Shown piece after piece: positions 27,401 through 40,199 of a stretch of DNA of 64,000 nt. The notes beneath the pieces are model-generated. The model saw only the letters and a list, made by a program, of their open reading frames with translations. It did not search any database and had not been told where the DNA came from. Source of the DNA: Dicyema japonicum (Eukaryota > Animalia > Dicyemida). Each line of letters begins with the position of its first letter. Positions within the stretch are counted from its first letter, which is position 1. The translations under genes were made by a program, and so were the position numbers. Location: the NCBI GenBank assembly GCA_011109175.1, contig RDEW01000023.1, positions 407,225 to 471,224 of the forward strand. The letters run 5' to 3'.

Positions 27401-27711
27401 ACTAAGGAAATTATAATTGCATTTATAGTGTAAAATCCTCAAAACATCTGTAATAGAGTGAAGCTGGACCAACTCGTTGGCTGCTAAACTTGTGCTTTCA
27501 TTGATACCTCTCTAAAAGTAATTATCGCATTATTAATTAGATATACTACCATCATTTTTTAGATTTCCTTGATGTTTTAAATTAAATTTGAACGAAATGT
27601 GAATTTCAATTATAAGCAGACTAATTATGACTAAAATAATTAAAAGAAAAGTATTTTCTCATGTTCCGTTAATTTCTCTATAAAACGTTATTATCGTTGG
27701 TCTTATATTGC

Positions 27712-28853
27712 ATGTTTGTAGTAACTGTGAATTTAATTTTAGCACACGAGTTTATTAGAATGGCCTGATGGGGAAAATAATATTTTTTACAAAAAAGATA
27801 TGCGTGATGCTGTAAAGCATCTATCAGGATGGGTGATGATAAATAACAACAATCACTGCAAGGATGTCCTTAAAAAATCATGTAGAGGTAAATCACAAAT
27901 TTTATTGAATTAGGTGTGATTCATTGCTCGAAAAATTGTATGGTAAAGGATAAACCATTAACACTCAGACCTCTGACTACAAATAGTAAACTTAAAGAAC
28001 AACTTAAAAGTAGATGTCCATCATGTGTGAATTTGATAGATTTCATATTTTAGGTAAAAGAAAAACACTTTACCATAAGAAATGCTGTGGTAATGAGGGC
28101 TATCCAGTAACACATTTTGGACATATAGAGGTTTTTTTTTTGTATTGATTGCACATAAATTAGAACAGGGAATTAATTTTAGATCTAAGGGTACACATGA
28201 TCATCCAAGACCTCCAAATCCTAAACCACCATTATGTGCTGTGATGAACTTACTTAAATATCATGTGGAATTTCCTGACGTTTCTTGCAAAGAGATCTCT
28301 TTACGTATCATGCTAATAATTAATTAAGTTAAGGGACCAGAAATTCATGAGGCATTTAAGGATTCGGCAGTTGTTAGTCGAAAAATTAAAGAAAATGGAG
28401 GTTTTCCTTGCGATCACTTTAGAAATTATAAAAGAACTTAGAACTCGTCAGAGCCTCCAAAATAGCAATCTTATATTTTCAACCGAATTTATAAACTGGC
28501 AAGAATACCCACTTTATCAACATCAATGTTATCCTGAAAGAAATTTAAATCATGATCCTACACTATATAAAAACAATTATCAGTGGATTAATTCGTCTGT
28601 GCCATATAATTTGACATTTAGGTCCTCAGCAACAGCAATACATGAAAACAATCCCTTATATTTCGGATATCATAAAGTTCATTCTTCGCAAACAGAATAT
28701 TTATACAGTGGAAATAATGCAAGGCCTCAAACAGATCAATGGTGTCCCGAAAATGTTATGACCTGTGAGGAAAGTCAAAATGCATTATCAAATTATTTGC
28801 AACATGGATATATTACGCGTAAAAATCCCCATAATTGTAGGAACAGATGTTAA
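27712..28853 (+). CDS. gcm: Divergent glial-cells-missing (GCM) transcription factor, six micro-introns
   Basis: Spliced: EWPDG..KHLSGWVMINNNNH..LKKSCRGVIHCSKNC..LRP..CPSC..KCCGNEGYPVTHF(W)..SKGTHDHPRP; introns include 27721-27742 and 28401-28422; one T missing in the TTT TGG codons. Confidence 0.9.
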
Positions 28854-28899
28854 ATATTTTCAGTTTTTACTTCTTTAATAAAAAGTTTAGGGAATCCTT

Positions 28900-31800
28900 A
28901 TTATTAAGTTATTTAGTTACCCAGACATCACAAACATGCAAGAGGCCGACTGCCATCAAACCATCCAACGGAGAGTGCTGGGAACTCCCACAGTCCCTTA
29001 GTGTCATTGGTGGTTCTGATCTGTAGAGGATTTAATTAATAATATCACCAAGCTGGTCAGACCAAGGGAGCCAAAAGTCTAATCCACCACAGAAGCGAAA
29101 ATGTCCGGAGCGGATTTACGATAAGATTTTTCTGGATTCTCTATCAAGAGTTGCTTCTGAATCCTCCATTGACAGGGGAGGGCTGTCCAGCAAAGCGTTT
29201 CTTTTCAAAAACAAATATACCTGGTTAAAGTAAAATCATGTATCGTCTTCGTCATGGAAAATATTTCAGATGATAAGGTATCTTCTTTAAAATCTATATG
29301 TCCATGACAATAGAAACAGTCCTAGATTTCTTGTTTTTTAAGTTATTGCAGGAATAACTTAGAATTTAAGATAATAAGGAATTGTATGTGATCTTCAATT
29401 GAAGAGTAAAAGTTTCCCAATGTAGGTGGTGGTCTACATTTATACGCAGGTTGCTACCTTTAATTGATATTAGCCTACAACTGGAACTACCGTAGTTCAG
29501 GTGAACTGTTTTAATATGTTTTAGGGTTTTTTCGTGTCCAAATTTGATTCCAGAAAAACACGGAGAGCGTTAAGTTTCCTTTTGGCTTTCAGGATGACAA
29601 GGTTCACGTGGGATAGGAAAGAAAAGGAGCGTTTCTCAACCTATTTTTCTGGGATCACTAAATTAAAAAATTATGTGGACCCTAATTTCTAACATTGAAA
29701 TTGTGAATCTCTCAGTAGGTACAATGAAATTGTGAATCTAAGTGAGCGTATCCTAATGCGAATGCACGACACCCTGATAGCTGGGTCAAGTGTCTGCTAG
29801 GAAGCACGCCATAATAACGACCGAGAAAACACGGGCAACCCACCTAGGTACTATCGGACCTTTTTTGTCTGCTAAGTATGGTGTTGATGATGGTGGGCTA
29901 GTAAATGTGAAGGCGTTGATCGAATTACAAAATAATAATTTGATGGAAATGATCAACTTAAAAATCCTTCATAAAGTCCTCTTCAGAGCATTAGAAACTC
30001 ACATGTCGACCTTAAGTCCTCGACAATTTGGCTAAAATACGGTGTCAACTCACCTCGATCGGAGGCGCTGTACACTTGCTCATCAGGGTTAACTTGTATT
30101 TCCGATAGTTCATCCCCAAACATGTTAGGAATTTCTTCTAAAGATACAGGAGACCCATCATGACATTGCAACAGTGGAATTTTTTTCTGGATTTATGTCC
30201 GGTTACTTTATTATAGACTTTCCAAAAGTTTGGTTTTTTCGATGCAATTCGCTGCACTAAGCTATCCAAAAATTATTTTTAACTATTTCTAATCTGTTTA
30301 TTTCTTGCGTGATCATTATAATTTCTAGCTCCATGAGCCTACGGTCATTGTGATCAGGACATCGACGTAATTTGTTTTTCAAGCATTGTTTCCCTTTCAA
30401 AAGGACTATAACATTTTTTGGTGTCAATGGAGAATTCTTGTTAACCGAATAGACTTTATTCGCATATATTTCGAGGTACAATTTAAAAAAAACAATTAGA
30501 GAGTCACTCGAACTCTCAAGATCCAACTTGGAAGACTCCGGATTACCAAAAATTCCCAAAACGTTCCAAATATATAGCAATGCTTTGTCGGTAATGGTCC
30601 CAGTTTATACTTGTCAGATCATAGCGTACTAGAGCAGGCTTGACCTCTAAAGGAGCTAGGTTGAGTTTATAAAGGATTGGTAGATGATCACTACCAATAT
30701 CACCAAGCGTAATCGGTCGTTCCAAAAATTGATGAAGAGATTCTGATATTAACGCCATTCTCAGATATTCCCAGCAACTTGGAGAATAGTGGTTCGGCGT
30801 CGAGGACATCACAACAGAAAACCCGGAATACACAGACATATCTTTCAAAACAAGGCCGTCTCTATTCGTTTCCTGACAACCAAACGAGGTATCTTTAGAG
30901 TTTAAGTCCCCCAAAAGGATCGAGAACGGTGCATTTTCATCATGAAAAAAAATTCTCGATTAGATAAGGATACGAAGATAATCTTTTAGAATACATTCCT
31001 CCAATTTTCATCCACATATTTTTCACTTGTACTTCCAGGGAAACAAACTCACACAATTCTTGGGATATGATCTTCAGGTTAAGAACCCTTAGATTTAGTC
31101 TGTAGAACAAAGACGTACCCTTTCCTGCAACCAGACTTCCATTTAATATCAAGAGAACAATATCCCTCGAGTTGAAAATTATCCTCACTCTTTAACTTCG
31201 TTTCATTAACAATTAATATATCAACGGGATCGGTGGATAGTATATGCACAATTTCAAACGCCATCTCTTTAAGGATTGGGCGTTCACCGCAATGATAGTA
31301 AAAACAGACTTCATACTTGTAGAACCTCTGCCTCTCTAAAAAAGAGGGCCAACAGGTTCCTGACGTCAAATCCTTTTTCGGCACAAATATAAACCAGCTT
31401 GTCGACAGCATCTATCAATTCCAAGTCTGCAACTAGGCTTTCCACCTAATTAAGAGTACCGACAGTATTCCCTTTGTTCATGTAATTGGTAACAATGTTT
31501 GTATTCTAATAGGTTCGGTTAGTATCCACGGTCGATATTTTCGCGTCTATTTGGGTCGAAAAAATCACATTTTATGGGGTGTGTAGATTTTCCCCAAACA
31601 CTTTCAACAGCTTCAGCTTTAACCCATTTAACGGGTCGAAACACCTTCTTAGTAATGTCTTTTGTTCTTCTTTCTTTGAAGGCAGCCTTTGCTGAAGAAC
31701 AACCACCATAACAAGCCAAATGACCAACTGTCCCGCAGTTAATGCATTTTCTTTCACTGTCCTTAGCCAAACAAGAGTTCAAATGTTTCCACCACAAATA

Positions 31801-32540
31801 AGCACCTTTACTTTTCCTTGCAGAAATTCGCATTGTGCCCAAATTTTTGACATCGGTAGCGCCTAGTTACCGGTTTTCTGTACCATTCAAGACGAACTCT
31901 CTGGAACCCAAACACCATCCCCAGTCTCACAAGCGACGTGGCTTCCGCTCTAGACTTCAAAGTTAATTTTCCAATAGGAAGACTGCGCCCGTCCTTCATA
32001 AAACGTTGGAAAAAGAAACCATGTCGTAGAGTTTCTGTAAAATAAAGATTCAAGTCATCATCTGAGACCCAAGAAGGGATTCCCTTCATAACAACAGAGG
32101 AAGGATACATGAAGGAAGTAGTAAAAACATGTCCATCATTACCTAATGGAGCTCTCAAGCCATAATCATCGACACAATCGTCGATATCCTCTATTGAGAC
32201 AAATTCAAGAGTAAATATGCTTGATTTCCTTAATGTAATTCGTGCCTTACTGGCAGTCGCTGAGTTTGATAGTGTGTTAAAACGTTTAATCCATCCCAAA
32301 GCCATGTTTTTAATTTCCAGATTTACTACAAGAGAATCATAAGCCAAGTTAGACGAAACAGCTTGTCCTGATACAAAAATGTATATTGTTCATCGGTGGG
32401 TATTTCAATCCCCTTCTTGATTTAGATTTCACTGTCAGTTTACCTTCATTAGCCGATTTTCCTTTCTTGATCGTTGACTCTTTCCCAAGTTTTCCTTTTG
32501 TTGAGATTTTAACACACATAACGCAATTATTATCCAATAT
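28900..32540 (-). mobile_element. Jockey/I-like LINE: ORF1 with CCHC knuckles, ORF2 APE and truncated remainder
   Basis: RCQKFGHNANFC, CINCGTVGHLA..C; NETKL, GDLNSK, GSDHLP. Confidence 0.8.
29739..30076 (+). mobile_element. Internal fragment of R4-like family A nested in the LINE
   Basis: Near identity to 18558-18900. Confidence 0.9.
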
Positions 32541-32544
32541 CTTA

Positions 32545-33600
32545 AATTATAGATGAATGAATGAAAATGAATTAAAACAACAGGTTATGAAATAGGTATC
32601 TATCAGTCCGCCGGTTGGCCTGGACTGTTCATCCGGGTATCCCTTTTCCTTACTAACTATCCATATGTTGGTGTAGGTAGTTACACATCCTAATTTATCT
32701 CCATAACGTTGTAGGTACAAAGCCAGTACGCTCATCTCCAGTTAGTTCTCCCTTTGTAGGTCCTTTCCCCAGTATGTTCTTCTACAGTGGTCCCAAGCCG
32801 TCTTGTAGGGACCGATGATGTGGTTAACAATGTCCCGTGTAGATCCCAATTCGAATGTAAAGAACAATTGGTGTGGGTACCCCCTGTAGGTCTCAACTCC
32901 AGTATGTACTTCCACAGTAGTCCCAGGTTAAATCCTAAATGAAACCATGAAACCAATTTATTCAACAAAAATTAAGGAGTTAGTTTAAGGAATTTTTAAA
33001 CGTGTCCGCCTATGCGGCCTGGACACTTCCGATGCACCCCATCTCTATTTAATCTCGTCCTATCGTCGGATCCCATCGATTCTTTTCTCCACAATATATT
33101 TGACTGGTGCTAGATTCTACTGAGGACATCAAATAGCTTTTTCCCCAAAGCCAACTTTATTGCTGACCTCGTTTTTTCCATAAGTAACATAATTCTTTCT
33201 CTTTGGCGAGTGAAAAACCATGCTTCGCATCCAAATAGTAACTCTGGAAGAATGATTCTCATGTAGATAAACAAGAAGGTCTTCAAGCTTACAAACAACT
33301 TGCTTGTACATAAAAACGCTTGAAGCGCCTTGATATCCTCCATGAAGGAACCTTTCCCATCGATAACTATCCCGAGGTAGCGGAGTGAATTTACTTTTGG
33401 AATACCAAGTGAGTAGGCTGCGTACGATCCCTCCATAGGCGACTGACTCTCAAGTAGCTGGACTTCTCAGTGGACAGTTTCATCCCTCTCTTGGTGCACC
33501 AGTCCTGTACTTGTTTAATAAATGACTTGATCCTTCTTTCCGAGAGAGTTGATTTCCCGGATGTATCCGTAATCAGAATATCATCTGCGTATATAAATAA
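32545..33600 (-). mobile_element. LINE 3' end (L2-like) with structured 3' region and (TTCA)n tail
   Basis: YADD at ~33590, LRYLGIVID, LLFGCEAW; duplicated hairpin; tail at 32553-32572. Confidence 0.6.
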
Positions 33601-33829
33601 TAAAATTTAAAATATAAAAGAAAGTATTAAACTATGTGATAAAAATTACAAACAACTCAAATATCGATTATTCAAAGGTTTTCGATGAAGATATAACAGA
33701 ATATGAGTTTGGAAAGCTCTTATACATTCAAAGACGTCGACAAGTACTCAGTGAGTAATTGGCCCAGGTACCTGTTGATGATGGTGCATCGGTTTTTAAA
33801 TTTAATTCTCCGTCACTTGACCCTAATTT

Positions 33830-34097
33830 TTCTCATTTTTTCACTGAGAAAAGCAAAGAACAGTTATAATAGCTAATCGAAGAAAAATCAAGGAATGCTC
33901 TTCACTTCTTCGTTTTTTTTTCTTGGGTGTATGCCATTTATAGACAATCCGGTTCTGCAGTGAAGTTAACTGATGACGGCGTCGCTCGTCAAGCCAAAGC
34001 ATATTGATGCGTGGAACCTTCAACGAATGTGCAGCATCGGGATTATAACTAGCGACCTTAAGGCCTCTTGCCCGACAGCCTGCGCCACCTCGCCGTA
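33830..34097 (-). mobile_element. SINE, older subfamily of family S
   Basis: Degenerate tRNA-like head (TGGCGCAG), core GAAGGTTCCACGCATC and TTGACGAGCGACGCCGTCATCAG. Confidence 0.75.
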
Positions 34098-34199
34098 GTT
34101 TAGAAAATAAAAGGATTAAAAATTATGCCTATAAAAGGTTTTAACACTTGAATTTATTTATTGTATGTAATTAATTCAATTGAAAACTAACAAGATTCT

Positions 34200-35900
34200 T
34201 AGTCAACTCTTTGTTGGACGGTATCATATCAATTAAAGACCGTTCTCTTCTTTTTTACAAGAAACTTCTAGGTAACACTCTAATTGCTATTGTACTGACA
34301 TTTAGCCACTTCTACAATTCCTTATTTCCGTCCGGAGACGTGGGAAAGAGCCCAGCTCCATTTAAAGGTCTCAATATCAATGGAATCTTCCGTAAACAAA
34401 ATGAACTCATGTTGTTTCTCCATCAAATCACAATCCTATCTAAGTCAATGCAAATGTTTCATCCAAAATACGATGCTACAACAGGAAAAACTTTAATCAA
34501 TTATAAAGAAGGAAGATGAGATGAATTTTGACTAAAAACAAAATTTTATTTTAAAGATTTCTCTGAGACATATTTTAATTCCAGTATAATTTCTGCTGAT
34601 TGTAAATCCATTCCAAGTGGGTACATCTGGGCTAAGCGTTTTCTCAATAATGACAGCATTGCTTCGATAAAAAAAGACGTTCTATGAAAAAAAGTAAGAT
34701 CTCTGAGATGTTTGTCCGTCTTAACTTTCCACCTGAAATCAGAATATTTCCGAACTGATTTTATTAAAAAAACAGATGGAATGGATTTGTCTCTAATAGA
34801 AATCACAACGAAAACATCAAAATTCTGGATCTTTGTAGCATTTTTAGAATGAATTCAAAATACCAGAAAAACTTGAAAAGGCTCTTCTATCAAAAAATCT
34901 ATTCTCACAGATTGTTAGTACAAAAGTTCTGAAAGAGCATTAGAACTATAGCTCGAATAAAAAAAGATATAATGCCACTTGTGATTGGCTGGAACATCTT
35001 TTCAAAGACTGAACCTCAAAAGAAAAATGAAGACAATTTTAATTGGATTCTAATTCTCGATATATTTCACTATTTGAGACTGCGGAAATGTGCTCTCAGT
35101 TACCCACTCATTAAAAAATGGTAATCTCCATATTGACCCTTAGGTTTAAAAATTGCACATAAATAACGTTTTAAGACTTTTAGGGATCAAATGGGTGGTT
35201 AGAAAACTTTAAATAAAGACACGAGTTGAAGTTCATACAAGTGACAAAAAATCATGTTCTCGCAATGAATTGATCACTTTGTGTCACTTTTTAATGAAAA
35301 TAATTATCCAATAAGGAAGGATAATATATTTAACTGCAGTGAAACTTTTCTTTTTTTGAAGAAAACTCCGAAAAATAATTTCTCGAAACTATTAGTTGGA
35401 TGTGTAAAATTTTTAATCCGGAATATCACAGATAATGTTATGTACCCATCATCCCAGAATTAATGATTTGGAAAAATCCATTTTAGATATCGACCCGGAT
35501 TCCTTGAAAGAGCTTTACTCGTTTAGAAAAAAATTACAGCGAAACTTGAAAAATAAATATAGATTTAAAAGTGGAACTAAACAATACACCACAATAAAAT
35601 TTATGGATTCCACGAAAGACATTCAACCATGACGCATTTGAAAAAACTTTTCGACAACCTAAATACTCAAAATCCACATGAAAGAACCCTACTGTCCTCA
35701 GTTGATATTGAGAAGGCTTTCGATTCAGTTTTCCGGAACGCCATCGAGATTTCCTCAGAATGACATAAATTTTAATTCCCTTTGACCGAAAGTCAGATTA
35801 TATCTGGAAGCCTACCCAAGATACAGGAGAAACCTTCCTCTTTTTGGATATTAATCTAGGTGGAAGAGGTTGACATCCAAAATTGTTTTTTTTTGTTGTA
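34200..35900. mobile_element. Cluster of decayed LINE fragments on both strands
   Basis: LNINGIFRKQNEL (APE start), DIEKAFDSV; 3' blocks shared with 8810-9080. Confidence 0.5.
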
Positions 35901-36010
35901 AAACGGAGCTATAAGTAAAACCTTGAAGGGTTTTAATGACATAATTATAACCATCTAAATAGTCTTATTATTTGACCTGATTAAATTAAATATATTGAAC
36001 CAGTAATTAC

Positions 36011-38033
36011 GTTGATGTGAAGAAGGCCTTTGATTCTGTTAACCATGAATTTTTATTTCATGTATTGGACTGTTCAGGAATACCCCGTTTGATTGTTAAC
36101 TTTGTAAAGACCATAGTCAAGAAGTGGACTGTAAATCTCCACTTAGATGGAAGAAGAATTGGTTCTGTAAAACTGGGACGTGGAATTCTGCAAGGAGATT
36201 CATTATCCCCTCAACTATTTGTTATGGTAATGGAACCCTTGAGCAGGACCCTTAACTTTATGTTCCCAAGACTCCAAATTAATCAGGAGGATCCTAATAC
36301 ACTGACTTATTCTACAAATCATTTGTTATTCATTGATGACCTAAAGATATTTGGGCTAAAAGAAGATACTGTTATTAAAATGATGAAGTTGTTCGCGATT
36401 TCTTTTATGTTGCCGGCTTGGAGATGAATTCGGAAAAGTCACTTTCTAATGTTAAATCGTTATCATGTTGTGAGACTCTGGAAGGAGTCAGTGGATATCG
36501 ATATTTGGGTGTTTTTGAAGATGAGGGAAGTAATGTTCTTAAAAGCAAAGTTATGGAGTCCATACTTGAAAATGTTAAGAAGAGAATAACCATGCTTTCA
36601 AAAACAAAGTTAAATTCTGTGAACTTATTTCGCGCAAAAAATGAATACGCAATGTCCCTATATAACTATTATATAGAATTAATTAATATTGAACCTACGA
36701 ATTTGATGATATTGACCAACAAATACGGCAACTGCTTACGTCACTCAAGTTGCACCTCAAACCTGCAAATAAAGAGAGGCTGTATTTGGACAGGAAGACT
36801 TTTGGAAGAGGACTTACCTCGATTTCATTAAAGAGCGAATTAATTCTTTTCCAGTTCCTTAAAAGTTTGGAAAAACAGTCGACTGTGTGTTTGCGAAGGT
36901 CGGGGATTCTGCGAGTAATAAAAACAAAAAAATAGCACTTGGCTACAATCGCAGGATTTCTTGCCTCTAAATATGCAATTGCCGACAGGGAAAAGCATGG
37001 ATATTAAGTCCCTCAAGGACACTCAGAAAAAATATTTATTAAATAAAATTTATTGCAGAACACTACACTCAATTATGTTCAAATGTATTGATGAAACAAA
37101 TGTCGACCTATATACTTCCTCAGAATGGTTATCCAAAGGAAATAACGGCCCACGGAGCGAAGCATTGTACTGTCTTTTGCAAGATAGGAATTTGTTTTTT
37201 GCACACACGGGGTCATTATGCAACCATTGTAAAAAAAGCAAGAAAACTGTTGATCATTTGGCCACTCAGTGTGGAAAAATGCTAAATAGTGATTATCTCC
37301 GAAGACATAATGAAGTGGTAAAGTGCATCCATCTTCATCTTTGTCGAATTTATGGAATCAAAAGAAGCAGGAAATTGAAAGGACATTCGGTTCAGTCAAT
37401 ATTGACGAATCAAAATGTCGAAATTAGAGTTGACACGTCGATTTGACAGAAACAAAAGCCAATACAATAAACCTGATATTTTTGTGTATGCCAAAACAAA
37501 GAAGGAAGTAACTTTAATCGAAGTGAGCATTACCTCACAATACCGACTAAAGCAAGTTGAAGTTGAGAAACTTCACAAATATGACTTGCTAGCAAATGAA
37601 CTGTCGCTGCTCTATGAATGCCAAGTGAAGATTATTCCAATGGTTTTGACATGGGATAGAGTTGTCTCAAAATGCTTCAAGAATCATATGGATGAATAAT
37701 CTATTGAAGAATCAACGAGGACTTACATCCAATCGGTTGTGCTGAAGAGAACGCTCGAAAGTATGCTCATTGAACATAAGCATGGGATGAGGGTATACGA
37801 TGAAGAGTACGCCTCTGCTACCTCCCAACTTGTGGAACTGGCATGCCGTGAGACAGCCCATGGACTCTAACGGAAGATATTTTGACTGAATCTGATGTGG
37901 AGATGCGGAGTAACAGGGAGGTTATGGCACAGTCTTCTTCTAAGAGAAGCAGAGGAATTACCAACAATCTGGATCAAAATACGCTTAATTAGTTAATTTA
38001 CTCGTTATTATTATTATTAAAAACCAAAATTTA
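36011..38033 (+). mobile_element. 5'-truncated R4/Dong-like element, family B
   Basis: DVKKAFDSV, QGDSLSP, STNHLLFIDDLK, CNHC..H..C, RHNEVV, KPDI; perfect TSD ATTGAACCAGTAATTAC at 35994-36010 and 38034-38050. Confidence 0.92.
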
Positions 38034-38052
38034 ATTGAACCAGTAATTACCG

Positions 38053-38286
38053 TCATAACCAGAATAAAAAATTCAGAGTATCCCGGCTTCTCTCATCAGT
38101 TTTCGCATGCTCGGACTTGAAGGAAGTGCCGTCCAGGGGGAACTCCTCTAGATGGCAGTTGACTAATGGTTCTTTTCGATATAATTTAGGATCATATCTG
38201 GCGCCACCAGAGATGGTGTTGGAACCAAATGGGAAAAGGAAGAACAGAAAAAACAAACAAAAAATCTTCAATTCAAGTAGCCACAT
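38053..38286 (-). CDS. Possible first exon of a small secreted or membrane protein
   Basis: True ATG, hydrophobic N-terminus (KIFCLFFLFFLFPF), 140 bp downstream of the WIP-like gene; no recognisable domain. Confidence 0.3.
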   Translation of the reverse strand: MWLLELKIFCLFFLFFLFPFGSNTISGGARYDPKLYRKEPLVNCHLEEFPLDGTSFKSEHAKTDERSRDTLNFLFWL

Positions 38287-38426
38287 AGCACCACATAAAA
38301 GTTGGTGCCAATTTATACTGTTATCGTGATTAATTTCCAGTTACGAATGATATTTGCATATTTTTAATTCAAATCCTCGACTAAAAGATCAAAATATATT
38401 ATTTTTAATTAATAGTCAACAGCTAA

Positions 38427-38813
38427 CTAATGATTAAGATCATAAGCATGTGTAAATCTCGGAGGAAGTGGAAGAGTAGATAACCGCGGGAATATAATTT
38501 TACTCAAATCTATATGTATTTCAATACAAACCTGTTTTTGCATCTCCGTTAGGTAGATGTATTTTAGCGATATCATTTGGTGGACCATTAGTAGGAAGAG
38601 ACGGTACTTTAGGCGGTTGACTTTTTGGACATTCTAGTAAACTTTAGTATATTTAAAACGTATTGTAGGTGGATTCATTGGTGGAGGTATAATTTTAGGC
38701 GTGTTAGGTGGAGGTGGACGTTGTCGATTATTACTTGTTGGTATAGGAGGTTGAGGACGAGAAAATCTTGGTGGTAGTGGTGGCATCGATGACGGTTTTG
38801 ACTGAGGTGCCAT
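38427..38813 (-). CDS. 112-aa proline-rich protein with a WIP/verprolin-like C-terminal motif, two micro-introns
   Basis: ATG GCA CCT to TAG is open after removing 26-nt and 22-nt GT-AG introns; MPPLPPR, RPPPP, PPKVP; ends DLSKIIFPRLSTLPLPPRF. Confidence 0.7.
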
Positions 38814-39324
38814 GTTTAATAATTGCTAGCTAGCGAAAATTGCTTATAATGTATTCCGTAAATTAATTCTATTAATCGTGCATATGTTTATAATTCTATT
38901 ATTTTTGATAAAACATTTACATTGATATAAATCTTCAATTATAAAAATGAATTTTTTCGGTCTCTTTGTGGATTTGTTTATTTTATATAGGATTTATTGT
39001 CGGATCAAATATGGAAGAACCAAACCTTTGAAGGATTTATTGTCGACACTAGGACGTCGTTGTTCTACTGATGCGACCTAAAGAGAAGAAAGTCTTCACT
39101 TTATGATCTAACGGTGATTGAGATTTTATGCTCTTTGGCATGGGTTGTTGGTCGAGTGCCTCGACTCGAAATTCTTTAATACAAAATTAACACGGAGCCC
39201 TAGGTGTAGTAACTTCATCAATGTCAATCACAGTCAAAAATAAAAATCAATTTTTTTCAAGGAGATAAAAACTAATTATAGTTAACTATTGACGAAGAAG
39301 TACAGAACAATTCCCAAGGCATAA

Positions 39325-39750
39325 CGGAATTGTTAAGCGAGCCCTGGAGTCTGGCGAATATCCCTCCATACTTGAACGTGTTGGCCTCGACAGAGGAGAC
39401 GGAAAACGGCCGGACGAAATTACAATCTATCCATTCGAAAAGGGGAAGCCATTGGTATGGGATGCTACGTGCATCGACCCCCTTTGTCCAGAGCACACTG
39501 TATACCGCGGAAAAGTAATGAAAGCAAAGGTAAAAAAATACGAAACGCTGACGATCGGTTCACGTATTGAAACAACAGGAGGAATAAGAGGGAAATCGCA
39601 TCGTTTCCTAAAGAAATTGAGATGCGTAGCTACACTAATGAACCACGACGCACGTGAGACTCGGTGGCTTCTCCAGTTGATCTCTGTTGCAATCGTGAGA
39701 GGAAACATGTCGACGGGAATCATTTTTGATTGGTTTTTGTGTTTTTGATA
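39325..39750 (+). mobile_element. CRE-like RLE 3' end
   Basis: DGKRPD..WDATCID..KVKKY..IETTGG..ISVAIVRGN. Confidence 0.75.
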
Positions 39751-40199
39751 AATTATAAATGAAACCCGTTAACTATTTTTAAACCGTTTTACAGAATGGA
39801 CTTTCGTCACTGAACCTTTACTATTTTTGGAAAATTTTGCTATGATAGTGACAGGATCTTTGTAGGGGTGTTCAAACTTTTGTAGGCGCAGAGAGGGATT
39901 AGTCCCATAATATTTCTGAATACGAACTTTAATAAGAAATTGAATACAATATTTCCAATGTTTAATTCATATTTTGATCGATGCACTCCTATCTTCCAAT
40001 TTATTCTTTTATAATAAGGAATATTCGAATCGACCCTCGGAAAATTAAATTTAAAATCATCTTTTGTAAAATTAAAAACAAAAAAACCTTTACTAAATGT
40101 TTCGGGGTTGTCTTGACTGTCTGGAGAGATTAAAGATATCATTCACTAATGACTTTACAGTTTAATCAATAATGTTGGGGATGTCATAGTGCCTGGAGG

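Noticed and set aside
38085-38290. Plus-strand selenoprotein-like frame with in-frame TGA codons
   Set aside because: No CxxU-type motif, no recognisable SECIS element, no family resemblance
38947-39180. Possible gene divergent from the WIP-like gene, with a 14-bp direct repeat AGGATTTATTGTCG
   Set aside because: All frames stop early with or without the putative intron; no homology recognised
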